Shown here: piece by piece, positions 62,915-64,000 of the stretch | How the letters are laid out: every line of letters begins with the position of its first letter | Numbering within the stretch: the first letter of the stretch is position 1 | Assembly (NCBI RefSeq): GCF_003918875.1 | Contig: NW_025765792.1 | Span: 62,001 to 126,000 of the forward strand | Reading direction: 5' to 3' | Source of the DNA: Haliotis rubra | Taxonomy: Eukaryota | DNA: 64,000 bases | The notes under the pieces: generated by a model | Databases searched by the model: none | What the model was told of the DNA's origin: nothing | What the model saw: the letters and a program-made list of their open reading frames with translations, nothing else | Position numbers and translations under genes: made by a program

Positions 62915-63534
62915 GTGCCAGGATACACAGATCGTAGGTTCTGAAGTTGATTTGTACTGTTTGCGAACCTTGGTTTGTAAAAGCCATACATGTGAGTGGC
63001 TTGTTACAGAACTGGTGAAGGTCTTGCGCCTGTGTCGGAATTTAGTGTTGATATCAGTGTCACAAAACCAGCCTTACCTTGGCATTCTCACCATTACGAT
63101 AATACAAGAACTGGTCGTATCTGAGTCAGGTTAAGGAGATATGTCCATGCTCAGCTCGCCTTACCATAGACTTACTATAGAACCGGCACTAGTGCAGACA
63201 GACACGGTCTTATTTAAATCAGGACTGCAGGAACTCTAATTTTACCAGTCAACACTTAAATGTATATGATGTAAAATATACCTTAACCCTTCTCGCCCAG
63301 TTCGCGTTGACTGCAATCTTATGTAAACCCGCTGAAATTATGGATAAATAGCTACGCATAAATAGCAATTTCTAAAAAGTAATATATCTTCAGTTGTTCA
63401 GCAACTCTTGCTGGCCAGTACTCAAAGATGTGGGATTAATCAAGACTAATAGCCTAAATGTGTATTTCAATAATTATTGTTACAATAATGCATTCTTGTG
63501 TGAGACACTTTTATGTTTTATGAACATAGATAGA

Positions 63535-63694
63535 ACCTCACCCCACCCCACAACCCCCCAAAAACCCGACCCCCAAAAACACAACAAAACCAAACCAAAA
63601 ACTACAAAAACACACAAAAATCCCAACAAAACCGTAACAAAAAACAGAAAAATCCACAGAAAAACAAAAACACAAACACACACACACACACACA

Positions 63695-63731
<37 letters not shown>

Positions 63732-63742
63732 TCACTCACACA
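63535..63742. repeat. A/C-rich low-complexity tract plus compound (CA)n(CT)n microsatellite
   Basis: Visible arrays. Confidence 0.9.
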
Positions 63743-64000
63743 GAGAGGGACACACCGAGTGAGTTCTCCAACTCATGGGGATATCAGATGGTTTGTCCAT
63801 ACGAAATGCAAACACCACAATATTATATATAATACTCTGTGAATAGACAGTATTTAATTGACTTAAAACAGGTGCCCGTTCTGGCACAAGAACACAAAAA
63901 GTGTCTGAATGAATTACCCAGATTTGGCAGCGTTTTTAACGTGCTGTATCTCATTGACTCCTCTGACGTCAAATGAAAGACAGCATCACGTTGCCAACTG

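Noticed and set aside
63394-63762. 122-aa Lys/Thr/Pro-rich ORF
   Set aside because: Translation of A/C-rich and (CA)n(CT)n repeats

Overview
AT-rich, repeat-dense eukaryotic DNA with no protein-coding gene that I can recognise. It is most likely intergenic or intronic sequence from a mollusc; the two dominant short retroposon families resemble those I recall from abalone (Haliotis), which I could not verify. Most ORFs in the supplied track are translations of repeats. Contents: (1) about 25 copies of a ~160-bp tRNA(Asp)-derived SINE (family A), many with 8-15 bp target-site duplications (TSDs). (2) About 15 copies of a ~240-bp retroposon with no tRNA head (family B), sharing family A's 3' tail; its fixed 5' end can fold into a compact pseudoknot. 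(3) V-domain and Meta-domain SINEs. (4) 3' remnants of CR1/L2-group LINEs. (5) Several MITEs, foldback elements and long palindromes. (6) Minisatellites and microsatellites. (7) A 209-N assembly gap. The best leads are the structured, possibly self-cleaving 5' RNA domain of family B; an old collinear duplication of a non-coding module (18.6-19.8 kb vs 28.7-29.6 kb); a palindrome-capped element carrying a tRNA-like Pol III module; and a decayed hammerhead-like motif. All coordinates were read by eye and may be off by a few bases.
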